Source of the DNA: Promethearchaeota archaeon
GTDB taxonomy: Archaea > Asgardarchaeota > Thorarchaeia > Thorarchaeales > Thorarchaeaceae
DNA length: 17,910 nt
Direction of reading: 5' to 3'
Assembly (NCBI GenBank): GCA_014728035.1
Contig: WJMJ01000154.1
Location: 1 to 17,910 of the forward strand
The notes under the pieces are model-generated. The model was not told where the DNA came from and did not search any database. It was given only the letters and a program-made list of their open reading frames with translations. Position 1 is the stretch's first letter. Each line of letters starts with the position of its first letter. The position numbers and the translations under genes were made by a program. Below, one piece after another: positions 1-8,604 of the stretch.

Positions 1-756
1 AAAGTAATCCTAGATGATCAAGAATATCTCCTAGAAGTAGGAGATAGGATTTTCCTCGAACAGGATGAAATTCCAGAATTCGAGGATGAGGAGGATATAT
101 TCGGTGATCCAATAGAATACATCAAAGAGCATCCTGATGATCAGAGAGTACTTAATGTTATCAAGCAAAATCCAAAATGGGCTTATGAATATGCCGATGA
201 CGTAATCAAGGGCAGATGGCCTGAGGCTGAGGATACAATCAAGCAAAATCCAGAACAGGCTTATGATTATGCTCGTTATGTAGTCAAGGGTAGATGGCCC
301 GAGGCTGAGGATACAATCAAGCAAGATCCAAAATGGGCTTATATGTATGCTCATAATGTGATCAAGGGCAGATGGCCCGAGGTTGAGGACACCATTAAAC
401 AGGATCCAGAATGGGCTTATCGATATGCTCGTGATATGGTCAAGGGCAGATGGCCAGAGGGTGAGGATATAATCAAGCAAGATCCACAATTAGCTTATGA
501 ATATGCTCGTGATGTGATCAAGAGCAGATGGCCTGAGGCAGAGGAAATAATCAAACAGGATCCAGAATGGGCTTATCGATATGCTCGTGATATGATCAAG
601 GGCAGGTGGCCTGAGGCTGAGGATACAATCAAGCAATATCCAAAATGGTCTTATATGTATGCTCGTGACGTAATTAAGGGCAGGTGGCCTGAAGCAGAGG
701 AAACAATCAAGCAAGATCCAAAATGGTGGCAAGAATATGAGGAAGAATTCCTATGA
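1..756 (+). CDS. Tandem-repeat (26-aa helical repeat) hypothetical phage protein, 5'-truncated
   Basis: Frame 1 is open from base 1 to TGA at 754-756, so the track ORF 343..756 is only its distal part. An acidic N-terminal stretch is followed by repeats of IKQDPxWAYxYARDVIKGRWPEAEDT. Confidence 0.85.
   Translation, partial: KVILDDQEYLLEVGDRIFLEQDEIPEFEDEEDIFGDPIEYIKEHPDDQRVLNVIKQNPKWAYEYADDVIKGRWPEAEDTIKQNPEQAYDYARYVVKGRWPEAEDTIKQDPKWAYMYAHNVIKGRWPEVEDTIKQDPEWAYRYARDMVKGRWPEGEDIIKQDPQLAYEYARDVIKSRWPEAEEIIKQDPEWAYRYARDMIKGRWPEAEDTIKQYPKWSYMYARDVIKGRWPEAEETIKQDPKWWQEYEEEFL
160..735 (+). repeat. 78-bp coding tandem repeat, 7 full copies plus a partial copy
   Basis: Units (IKQ codons) begin at 160, 238, 316, 394, 472, 550, 628 and 706, an exact 78-nt period. 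Confidence 0.95.
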
Positions 757-853
757 TCGTAACTATAAAATGGAATGATATCCACCATAATTTATAGAAA
801 TGGAATAATCCGATCAAATATAGGATAGTTCTTTATTCTAAGGAGATAGAGTA

Positions 854-1606
854 ATGGATAAAATCGTGGAAATTCTTAAGAAGATAGGCGCTTCAGACGA
901 CCTCGCGAACCAAGTATGTGAGGAGTTACAGCGTTTCGAAAAGTCAGTCCATGACAAATATGAGGCACGATACCAGGATAAGCTGGAAAAGGCAAAGCAA
1001 ATTTGTCTTGAAGAAACCCAAAAGTATAAACTAGAGCTTTCACGCAAAGTGGGTATCTTCTTGGAAAGCAAGAGTTCAGAAATTGAGAAGAGCATTGATC
1101 AGCGCAAGGCTATTGAAGACTCAGAGGCAATGGTTACACTTCGCCGTGTCCGAGAGGTCACAGAAGGGATCGAAGTTGCCGACGATGCCGAGGTCCAGGC
1201 CCTTAAGGAGCAGGTCAAGAAGCTCACCACTCAAACCCAGGCTCTTGTCGAAGAGAAGAATCGAGCAGAAGCAGCGGCCAATCGCGCAAATGCTATTGCG
1301 ATGGATGTGATTCGTGAGCACAAAGCCCAGGCCAAACAGACGGTCACGGAAGGGCGAGAAAGTACTACCGAAATCGCAACCCCATCCAAGGATGATGACG
1401 AAGCTCCGAAGCCAAAGGAGCGCAAGAAAAATAGGCAGGCGATTAAGGAACACATTGATCGTCGTGCACGCCGTCGTCTGAAGCCACGCACAACCAGCCG
1501 AACCTTGGTTGAGCATCAGTCACTGAATTTACTAGAAGATGACTCTAGCAAGGAAGATGCTTCTGAAAACATCACCCGCATTGCGGAAGATATGAGAGAT
1601 TTTTAG
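854..1606 (+). CDS. Putative prohead core/scaffold protein (T4 gp22-like position)
   Basis: 250 aa, Glu/Lys-rich and coiled-coil-like, with an AAGGAG RBS at about 840-845. Lies immediately upstream of the major capsid gene, as in T4-like head modules. Assignment rests on synteny and composition. Confidence 0.65.
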   Translation: MDKIVEILKKIGASDDLANQVCEELQRFEKSVHDKYEARYQDKLEKAKQICLEETQKYKLELSRKVGIFLESKSSEIEKSIDQRKAIEDSEAMVTLRRVREVTEGIEVADDAEVQALKEQVKKLTTQTQALVEEKNRAEAAANRANAIAMDVIREHKAQAKQTVTEGRESTTEIATPSKDDDEAPKPKERKKNRQAIKEHIDRRARRRLKPRTTSRTLVEHQSLNLLEDDSSKEDASENITRIAEDMRDF

Positions 1607-1649
1607 ATAAATTAGCCAAATTTTGGTTTTCTAAATTGGAGGTAAATCG

Positions 1650-3203
1650 ATGAAATTTCTAGGCAAAACAATTAGTGAAGATGCAGGCGGCACCAAGAAT
1701 GCACACCTCGTGCTTGAGGCCAAGAAAAATGCTCTAGTTAAGAAATGGTCTCCCGTTCTCAACAAGATGCCTGAGGTTGCTCCTCAGAAGTTTGGTCTCA
1801 TGGCATCTCTGATGGAGAACCAGCACAAGGTCATGAACAACAAAGGCTCCAGCGTCCTTTTTGAGGATACAGTTCAGACCGGCAATATTGCTGACTTCAC
1901 CAGATTCGCACTCCCGCTCATCCGCAAGAGCTTCCCCAAGCTGATCGCGGATAATCTTGTGGGTATTCAGCCCATGAGCCAGCCGGCCAGCCTCATTTTC
2001 TACATCCGCTATCGTTATGGTATTACCAAGGGTCAGACTGTTGCTGGCACCCAGATCATGCGTCAGAATACTTCGGCGCAGTTCGCACGCCAGAATGGTT
2101 GGGCACTTGACCCCTACTATAGCAGCCAGACTGTTGGTGGTCAGGGATTCGATGGTGAAGATGCAACGATCAACACCGCAGGTGATGCAGTCACCGCGAC
2201 CCTGCAGCATCATCCGGTTCTCGCTGGCTCTGTTGTGGTCAATGTCTACACCCAGGATCAGCTTGATGAAAGCTGTGAGCAGCCCACCCCATGTCTCCAG
2301 GTCACCTTCGATAGCGATGGTAGCCCTGATCTGGTCCTTGCTGGTACCGGTAGTGATTGCCCCACCGTCACTGTTGATACTGCAAGCTCCAGCTTCAACC
2401 ATGACACTGGTGTGGTGACCGTTTCCCTGAGTGCTGGCGACCTCAGTGGTCTTGTGGCACGGGTGAGTTACGAGTACGATCTTGAGAATAACCCGTTCCA
2501 GCCAGAGGTTACCATGAGCATTGACAGTGATAGCGTGAGTGCTGTCACCCGTAAGCTGAAGACCTCATGGAGTCTTGAAGCTGCTCAGGATCTCAAGTCG
2601 GTCCATAATATCGATGCAGAAGCCACTCTGACTGACCTGATGGCAGACGAGATGGTTGCTGAGATCGATCGTGAAATCCTCAACGATCTTCTGATCGCTG
2701 CAGCAATTCGTGCACGTCACAACTTTGCTACTGCAGCTGGTGCATCGGTTAACTTTACCGACCGTAACATCGCACTGCTCTACAAGACGCTTGAAGTCTC
2801 CAACATCATCCACCGAACCACACTCCGTGGTCCGGCAAACTGGGTGGTCACTTCGGCTGATATCGCTTCCAAGTACGAGCAGCTTAACGACTTCCGGGCC
2901 AGTGACGCTCTCGCGAATGATGGCGTCGACATTGGGATCACCAATGCTGGCACGATCCAGTCCAAGCTTAAGCTCTACAAGGATCCCCTCTTCCCGCAGT
3001 GTAAAGTTCTTCTCGGATTCAAGGGTGGGAACGTGATGGATACCGGTTACATGTATTGTCCTTATGTCCCCATGCTCAGCACTCCGACTGTGATGGACCC
3101 CAATTCATTTACACCGAATAAGGGACTCCTCACTCGTTATGGCAAAAAGCTCGTCGAGGATGGCGGCCTTTATTACGGTGCTATCACTGTGAGTAATTTG
3201 TAA
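1650..3203 (+). CDS. gp23: Major capsid protein, T4 gp23 family
   Basis: Motifs KKWSPVL, LPLIRKSFPKLIADNLVGIQPMSQPASLIFYIRYRY, TRKLKTSWSLEAAQDLKSVHNIDAE, EIDREI, YCPYVPM, DPNSFTPNKGLLTRYG. GGAGGT RBS upstream. Confidence 0.96.
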   Translation: MKFLGKTISEDAGGTKNAHLVLEAKKNALVKKWSPVLNKMPEVAPQKFGLMASLMENQHKVMNNKGSSVLFEDTVQTGNIADFTRFALPLIRKSFPKLIADNLVGIQPMSQPASLIFYIRYRYGITKGQTVAGTQIMRQNTSAQFARQNGWALDPYYSSQTVGGQGFDGEDATINTAGDAVTATLQHHPVLAGSVVVNVYTQDQLDESCEQPTPCLQVTFDSDGSPDLVLAGTGSDCPTVTVDTASSSFNHDTGVVTVSLSAGDLSGLVARVSYEYDLENNPFQPEVTMSIDSDSVSAVTRKLKTSWSLEAAQDLKSVHNIDAEATLTDLMADEMVAEIDREILNDLLIAAAIRARHNFATAAGASVNFTDRNIALLYKTLEVSNIIHRTTLRGPANWVVTSADIASKYEQLNDFRASDALANDGVDIGITNAGTIQSKLKLYKDPLFPQCKVLLGFKGGNVMDTGYMYCPYVPMLSTPTVMDPNSFTPNKGLLTRYGKKLVEDGGLYYGAITVSNL

Positions 3204-3261
3204 ATTGTTGCTAAATGCCTTTGAAGGCTAAGAAAAGGCATTCTGAAACCTAGAAACACAT

Positions 3262-3293
3262 AGAAAGGCCTCCTTACTGGAGGCCTTTCTTTT
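3262..3293 (+). terminator. Rho-independent terminator after gp23 (possibly bidirectional)
   Basis: Perfect 12-bp stem AGAAAGGCCTCC / GGAGGCCTTTCT, 5-nt loop TTACT, followed by T residues. Confidence 0.9.
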
Positions 3294-3299
3294 ATATCT

Positions 3300-3398
3300 A
3301 TATGAGAAAAAACTAATAAAGACAAAATAAACTTTCCACTAGCTTATTGTGGTCCTTTCCATTATATTCATATGAGAAAAAACTAATAAAGACAAAAT
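3300..3398. repeat. Intergenic direct repeat with 70-bp period
   Basis: ATATGAGAAAAAACTAATAAAGACAAAAT is identical at 3300-3328 and 3370-3398, with imperfect similarity extending on both sides. Confidence 0.9.
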
Positions 3399-3458
3399 GA
3401 AACTTTCTACAAGTTTCATGTATTTTAAGACATGTAAATTTAAGAATATGGAGAACGC

Positions 3459-5630
3459 ATGGATATTAAAAAAAGAAATGAGATTCTCGCAAATGATTAT
3501 TTAAGTGGGAAAACATTGCAGTATATATCAGATTCATCTGGATTGTCGAAATCTCAATTGAGTAGAATATTTAGAGAATTAGGTGTTAAACGGAAAAAAT
3601 ATGAGTTAGATAAAGATTATTTTGATAGTAATAAAAATAAGACAGCAAGGCAAATAAGTGAAGAGACTGGTATTTCTATTAAAAGAGTTATGCATTTAAA
3701 AAGAATAGCAAGCGGAGCTAAAATATCAAAGGGTAAGACTGATTTTACAGATTGTGATCCAACAGTTGACCCAGGATTAATCAATAATCATGACTGGTTA
3801 TATGAACAATATGTTACGAACAAACTTGGGGCACCAAGCATAGCTAAAATGTTGGGATCTAAATGTTCCACAATATATAAGATGTTTAAGAGATTTGGTA
3901 TTAGTCGTAGAAATATTAGTCAAGCCATGGAAGTTAAAAAGAAGTGGCCAAGTAAGGATTGGCTGGAGGACCATTATAATAATAGTAAATGGTCAGTAGA
4001 GAGATGCTCTGTAGAATTTGGCACAAACTGGGAAGCTATATATGAAGCTTTAAAACATTATAATATCCCACTTAGAGATGCTAGCACACAACATAGAGGC
4101 AATTTGAACGAATTTTATGGCATGAATCACAATGAAGAGACTAAAATCAAATGCGCCAAAATAGGATCCAAATATGGCGCTGAATATTGGACTACCGGCG
4201 ATGTTGAAGAGAAGAAAAGGCTGACATCTGAAATTAGTAAAAAAGTTTGGTCTGATCCACTTAAAAGACATGATCATTCTGTAAGAATAACCGAGTTGTG
4301 TAAACAAGGCAAATGCAATGCCAAGAACATAACATATATTTCATATAATGGTGATATTATTAAAATGAAATCATCATGGGAATTATTGACAGCACAGATT
4401 TTGGATAAATCTGATGTGGTTGTGGATTGGAAATATGAAGATTTATCTATTAAGTACCATGATGGCGATCATATTCGGAACTTTATAGTTGATTTCTGGG
4501 TGAAGTGGAAGGATGGTCTAGAGTCATATATTGAATGTAAAAACCAGCATTTATTAATCAAAGAAGGAGAACAATTAAAAATAAAGACATTACAAGAATA
4601 TTGCGATAGACACGGGTTTGATTTTATTTTAATTGATAGCAAAGAACAAATAAAGAAAATGTCTATGGGCTATAAAGACATGGTACAATGGATTAATAGT
4701 TCCAGATATAAAGTTAAGCGTAAATATCTACAAGAGCCAGTATTATTTGTGAGAATGATGTTTCACGATATAATAAATCACATCTGTCCTTGGAAACCTC
4801 TACAGTATGAAGATGATGAATTGGCCAAAGACATCGATAGATTGAAGAATGAAAACCTTGATGGATATAATCAGAATGATGGTTTGCATTCCACTGCTCC
4901 AAACAGTGGTGGTATGCCTGGCAGAATCATAATGACTCATTTTAATCCACATTTTTGGGATGTGCCACCCAAAAATTCTAGACCACTTCCACATGCTTTT
5001 GATGACAAAAAACTGATTCTTAAATGCCTTAATATATCATATAAGGAAAAGGAATCACTCAGTGTTGAAAGATTGCTTAGAGAGATAAACTTTCATAGCA
5101 AATTTGGTAGGACGTCCCATTTTGCACCAGGATTTGCCCGTAATATTATAAAATTAATGGATGCATCTGGAAAGAGGATATTTGATCCATGTTGCGGATG
5201 GGGAGGTAGATTACTTGGCTCTTGGTTGGAGGAATGCGAATATTCTGGGTGTGACATTAGTCCTTTAACCTTTAATGGACTATTGAATATATCTAATTTT
5301 GTGGGGCATGATTGTGATATATTCAATGAATCATGTCTTGATCATGATTGGCCAGATTCTGATTTGATATTCACATCACCACCGTTTTATGACATAGAAC
5401 AATATATTGGTGGTAATCAGCCATGGATGAGATGTAAATCTAGAAACGAATGGATAGAGACATTTGTTGAGCCGTTCGTAAACAAAATAAATTCGAATTG
5501 CGTACTATATTTAGACCATAAGACTAAGGATGATTATGAATCAATTAGGAAATTCAACAAGATAATAGAAATTAAAAATAGGAGACACGCAAGGAGAAAG
5601 GTTGATAGTGAATTGTTATGTATATATTGA
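3459..5630 (+). CDS. Multi-domain protein: HTH repeats, PD-(D/E)xK (TnsA-like/homing) endonuclease and amino-DNA methyltransferase
   Basis: N-terminal HTH-like repeats (WLYEQYVTNKLGAPSIAKMLG; WLEDHYNNSKWSVERCSVEFG) and a NUMOD3-like FYGMNHNEETKIK. Nuclease-like MKSSWE...WKYE...FIVDFWV...YIECKN. MTase motif I FDPCCGWGGRLLG and motif IV FTSPPFY. Confidence 0.8.
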   Translation: MDIKKRNEILANDYLSGKTLQYISDSSGLSKSQLSRIFRELGVKRKKYELDKDYFDSNKNKTARQISEETGISIKRVMHLKRIASGAKISKGKTDFTDCDPTVDPGLINNHDWLYEQYVTNKLGAPSIAKMLGSKCSTIYKMFKRFGISRRNISQAMEVKKKWPSKDWLEDHYNNSKWSVERCSVEFGTNWEAIYEALKHYNIPLRDASTQHRGNLNEFYGMNHNEETKIKCAKIGSKYGAEYWTTGDVEEKKRLTSEISKKVWSDPLKRHDHSVRITELCKQGKCNAKNITYISYNGDIIKMKSSWELLTAQILDKSDVVVDWKYEDLSIKYHDGDHIRNFIVDFWVKWKDGLESYIECKNQHLLIKEGEQLKIKTLQEYCDRHGFDFILIDSKEQIKKMSMGYKDMVQWINSSRYKVKRKYLQEPVLFVRMMFHDIINHICPWKPLQYEDDELAKDIDRLKNENLDGYNQNDGLHSTAPNSGGMPGRIIMTHFNPHFWDVPPKNSRPLPHAFDDKKLILKCLNISYKEKESLSVERLLREINFHSKFGRTSHFAPGFARNIIKLMDASGKRIFDPCCGWGGRLLGSWLEECEYSGCDISPLTFNGLLNISNFVGHDCDIFNESCLDHDWPDSDLIFTSPPFYDIEQYIGGNQPWMRCKSRNEWIETFVEPFVNKINSNCVLYLDHKTKDDYESIRKFNKIIEIKNRRHARRKVDSELLCIY

Positions 5631-5697
5631 TATTTGAATAAAATTAAGTGGAGAAATGATGCCGGTAAACTGATTTACGTATGTAATATATAATCAA

Positions 5698-6177
5698 ATG
5701 GACATCATACAAAAAGCGCGGATGAGAGCAAAGAAGGCACATCATGGGCAGACGCGCAAAGGGTCTGCCGCACCCTATTTTACCCATCCAGAAGCTGTAG
5801 CACAGCTTGTACAAGAATCAGGTGGTAGTGATTATCTTATTGCTGCAGCTTATCTTCATGACGTACTAGAAGACACCAACACACCTATACATGATTTCCC
5901 AGATGAAGTGCGGAATGTTGTTGAGAAATTGACCCACAAGGGCGGGTATGCACATGCCAAGATAGACGCCATCAAGAAACTTGAAGGCGATAAAGACGCT
6001 ATTTTGGTAAAACTCGCTGATCGGTTGCATAATCTGAGTGATTCTTCTTTCAAACGAGATAGATATGCTAGCAGAAAATCCGTCCAGCAATCTACAAATA
6101 TTCTGTTAGCCATGGCCGTTGATGCTGGACTGGCTCATACTAAGGTGTTTCGTGATTTAGACAAACTGATGAGGTGA
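5698..6177 (+). CDS. Small HD-domain hydrolase, RelA/SpoT (p)ppGpp hydrolase / Mesh1-like
   Basis: AHHGQTRKGSAAPYFTHPEAVA, AAYLHDVLEDT, VKLADRLHNL. Confidence 0.9.
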   Translation: MDIIQKARMRAKKAHHGQTRKGSAAPYFTHPEAVAQLVQESGGSDYLIAAAYLHDVLEDTNTPIHDFPDEVRNVVEKLTHKGGYAHAKIDAIKKLEGDKDAILVKLADRLHNLSDSSFKRDRYASRKSVQQSTNILLAMAVDAGLAHTKVFRDLDKLMR

Positions 6178-6180
6178 ATT

Positions 6181-6792
6181 ATGAGAGAAGAAGGATTTTG
6201 GTCTGATAATCCAGAACAAGAACCATGGCCCATGGAACGCGAAGCACCTTGGGATGGGCAATCTGATTTTGTGATGATGTTGGGCGCAGTAGAAAATGCA
6301 CTTAAAACATCAGATTTGGGTAAAATCGTCGCATATCGAGGATATTCTCACTGCAGGATATGTGATCAGCTAAATGGATCAAAGGAATATCATTATAATG
6401 AATGGATATGGCCACAGGGATTTAAGCATTATATTGAATCACATAATGTAATGCCATCACAGGATTTTATGGATATGATAACTGGTGAATATGTGAACAT
6501 GGAGATGAAAATGACAAGAGAAATCGGGAAAGCTACAAAACCAGAAAAACTTATGGAATGGGATGACAACAAACTCATTGGCGAAATCAAAAAACAAGTA
6601 CGTAGTGATTGGGGAGGATTGGACCGCAATTCTGCCATAAAATTTATTGGTAAAGAGTTATTAAATAGAGGCCTTCCATCAACGCACAAGTTGTCCGAAT
6701 TCATATATGATCTTGTACAGGATAAGATCTCTGGGTGTAGAAACAGAATTGACTCCAAGGTCAAAGAATTACGCAGAAGATTATCACAATAG
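6181..6792 (+). CDS. Hypothetical protein with CxxC motif (YRGYSHCRIC...WIWPQGFKHYIESHNV)
   Basis: 203-aa ORF with GAGGTG RBS overlapping the upstream stop. Function not recognised. Confidence 0.75.
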   Translation: MREEGFWSDNPEQEPWPMEREAPWDGQSDFVMMLGAVENALKTSDLGKIVAYRGYSHCRICDQLNGSKEYHYNEWIWPQGFKHYIESHNVMPSQDFMDMITGEYVNMEMKMTREIGKATKPEKLMEWDDNKLIGEIKKQVRSDWGGLDRNSAIKFIGKELLNRGLPSTHKLSEFIYDLVQDKISGCRNRIDSKVKELRRRLSQ

Positions 6793-6863
6793 ATTTACTC
6801 TACGCATAACCAGGGTTTTACCAATAGTCGTATTGCGCACACCCTATAATCAACCCATTGTAT

Positions 6864-6884
6864 CTATACCTAGATGATATATAA
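6864..6884 (+). promoter_or_regulatory. Putative promoter for scaffold/array 1
   Basis: CTATACCTAGATGATATATAA, 18/21 identical to 7161-7181, runs into TATAAT directly before the scaffold. Confidence 0.55.
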
Positions 6885-6948
6885 TTCAGGCCCTCATCCT
6901 CGGGCCTAAGCTCACCCATGATGGTGAGTAATCTCCGGATGGAGACCA
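6885..6948 (+). ncRNA. Structured scaffold (tracrRNA/scoutRNA-like), copy 1
   Basis: 62/64 identical to 9647-9710. Hairpins AGGCCC-[TCATCCTC]-GGGCCT, CTCACC-[CATGAT]-GGTGAG and TCTCC-[GGAT]-GGAGA. Loop 1 is complementary to the repeat 3' end. Confidence 0.75.
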
Positions 6949-6955
6949 CTTTAGT

Positions 6956-7099
6956 ATCGTCTTTGTGCGCGTGTGGAAGGATGATGATGACCGTGGATCG
7001 GTTCCCCCTTCCCGCAATCGTCTTCGTGCGCGTGTGGGAGGATGGCCCCAGCACGTACATAGCACAGGAAGCACTCCAATCGTCTTCGTGGGAGGATGG
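6956..7099 (+). CRISPR. CRISPR mini-array 1 (3 repeats, 2 bounded spacers plus a probable trailing spacer)
   Basis: Repeats at 6956-6984 (ATCGTCTTTGTGCGCGTGTGGAAGGATGA), 7017-7045 (ATCGTCTTCGTGCGCGTGTGGGAGGATGG) and 7079-7099 (8-nt internal deletion). Spacers are 32 and 33 nt. Confidence 0.8.
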
Positions 7100-7160
7100 G
7101 CTGGACCCGACTGCGCGGCCTTCGGCCCCAGTATAGACATACTATCTTTCCTAACGTAAC

Positions 7161-7181
7161 CTATACCAGGATAATATATAA
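7161..7181 (+). promoter_or_regulatory. Putative promoter for the Cas12f-like operon
   Basis: CTATACCAGGATAATATATAA, a near-copy of 6864-6884, followed by an AGGAGG RBS at 7199-7204. Confidence 0.55.
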
Positions 7182-7210
7182 ATCACTTCTCTCACTTTAG
7201 GAGGATCACT

Positions 7211-8602
7211 ATGGCTAAGAAGACAAAAAAGAAGGTTGTTAAGAAAAAGACGGATGACAAAAAAGAGGACAAGCCAAAACGGATTGGTAAAACCCTATCA
7301 TTGAGGGTTGATGTTGATGTTCCATTTTATTGTGAGGCAAATGGCATAGAGGTGCCAGTTGGGAAAACTGAGTATAACGAAATACGCAATGAACTCAGGA
7401 CGATAATTCGGAATGATATCAAGCGGTATAGGTTCGTACTCAGACAAGCTGCCAGTATTCTAGCATTTGCAGCCACAGTGACACAGCACATAGAATTTAA
7501 AGATGATGATATTAGGGTATATGCAACCTCTGAAGAAATGAAAGAAACTCTGCGCACACTATTTGGAAGGGATGGTGCCGCGTGTTTCTATTCGCTTAGA
7601 GAATGGGTGATTGAAAGATTGGGTGGATGGCGTACTGAACATTGGGATCATATGCGCAACGAATTGCAAACCAATTGGTTTGCTAAAGATCCCCAGTTTG
7701 GTGCTAGTCGTGGGTGGCTCATTCTGAATTGTGCACGTATTCCTGCATTGTTCCACAATGCACCGATTAACTTTCTACCTTGTAGCGTGAAAGTTGATGA
7801 TGGCGGTCACCATATTAGTCTTAGCGTACGTCCAAGGGAGCGTTTTGGATTGCGTATTGCATCGACTGATAAGTCTCAATGGTTTTTGTGGAATAGAATT
7901 CTGAATAATGATGGATATCGGATGGGAACGTGCAAACTTTGTATTAACCGTAAACATCAATGGAAGTTTCTGGTTACCTATACTTGTGAGGAAACCAAAT
8001 CTGTTCTGAATCCTAAGCGCACTCTTGAGGTGGCCTTTACTGATGATCCCAAGAAATTCATCCAGTTTGCTATGAGATCTGGCCATAAGACTCTTATTGA
8101 TGACTTGAGAAATAAGCACTTGGATGCCACTGCTGCCATTAGAATCCTGGACAAGTTCAAAGCACAACAGCGTTACCTTGAAGAGGAGCGTGATGCATGT
8201 CGATATGGCAGAGGTGGTTATAATAAAGCATACAAAGCGGTTAACAAACGGAGGGCTAAGTATACAGAGGGAAGAGAAAGAGTATGTGCCAATTGGAATC
8301 ATACCTGGAGTAAGAGAATTATTACTATTGCACAGCAATGGGATTGTGGTAACATTGAAGTATTCAATATGCCGTCTCACAGTGTAAAAAAGAAGAATCT
8401 CGAAAAGCACGGTGCAGCAGCGGCAATTGAAGAATGTGCAATGCAAGAAGAGATTCGATCCAATTTGTTTGGTAGGGAATGGGCTTGGTTTGATTTTGCT
8501 CAGAAGGTGAAATATAAAGCCAGGGATGCAGGATGCAAGGTCAAATTCATCGAGAATGTAGACATAGACCATATTCTAGACATAGGTGCATCTGTATCGT
8601 GA
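7211..8602 (+). CDS. Cas12f/TnpB-like protein, predicted nuclease-dead and C-terminally truncated
   Basis: The C-terminal half follows the Cas12f/TnpB RuvC layout: KWKFLVTYT...KRTLEVAFTDD (RuvC-I position), NWNHTWSKRIITIAQQWDCGNIEVFNM (RuvC-II position), WAWFDFAQKVKYKARDAGCKVKFIE. It stops before the Zn finger and RuvC-III. Flanked by CRISPR arrays. Confidence 0.75.
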   Translation: MAKKTKKKVVKKKTDDKKEDKPKRIGKTLSLRVDVDVPFYCEANGIEVPVGKTEYNEIRNELRTIIRNDIKRYRFVLRQAASILAFAATVTQHIEFKDDDIRVYATSEEMKETLRTLFGRDGAACFYSLREWVIERLGGWRTEHWDHMRNELQTNWFAKDPQFGASRGWLILNCARIPALFHNAPINFLPCSVKVDDGGHHISLSVRPRERFGLRIASTDKSQWFLWNRILNNDGYRMGTCKLCINRKHQWKFLVTYTCEETKSVLNPKRTLEVAFTDDPKKFIQFAMRSGHKTLIDDLRNKHLDATAAIRILDKFKAQQRYLEEERDACRYGRGGYNKAYKAVNKRRAKYTEGRERVCANWNHTWSKRIITIAQQWDCGNIEVFNMPSHSVKKKNLEKHGAAAAIEECAMQEEIRSNLFGREWAWFDFAQKVKYKARDAGCKVKFIENVDIDHILDIGASVS

Positions 8603-8604
8603 TG

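Noticed and set aside
31-732. Minus-strand hydrophobic repeat ORFs (31..489, 490..732)
   Set aside because: Antisense shadows of the 78-bp coding repeat.
160-735. 78-bp repeats as a CRISPR array or DGR template/variable pair
   Set aside because: The units are contiguous and in frame with no spacers, variation is not restricted to adenines, and no reverse transcriptase is in the window.
6885-6948. tRNA or terminator interpretation of the three-hairpin element
   Set aside because: No acceptor stem, T-loop consensus or U-tract.
6818-7159. Short ORFs over array 1 (likewise 9577-10063 over array 2)
   Set aside because: Translations of scaffold and repeat sequence; the repeated peptides simply mirror the DNA repeats.
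7199-7208. RBS of the Cas12f-like gene (GAGGATCA) resembling the repeat end, i.e. possible scaffold-loop autoregulation
   Set aside because: Largely explained by an ordinary Shine-Dalgarno sequence; GGAGGAT also occurs in the RBS at about 13658.
7211-8602. IS200/IS605 or IS607 transposon
   Set aside because: No tnpA or serine recombinase and no element ends are visible; the context is CRISPR arrays.
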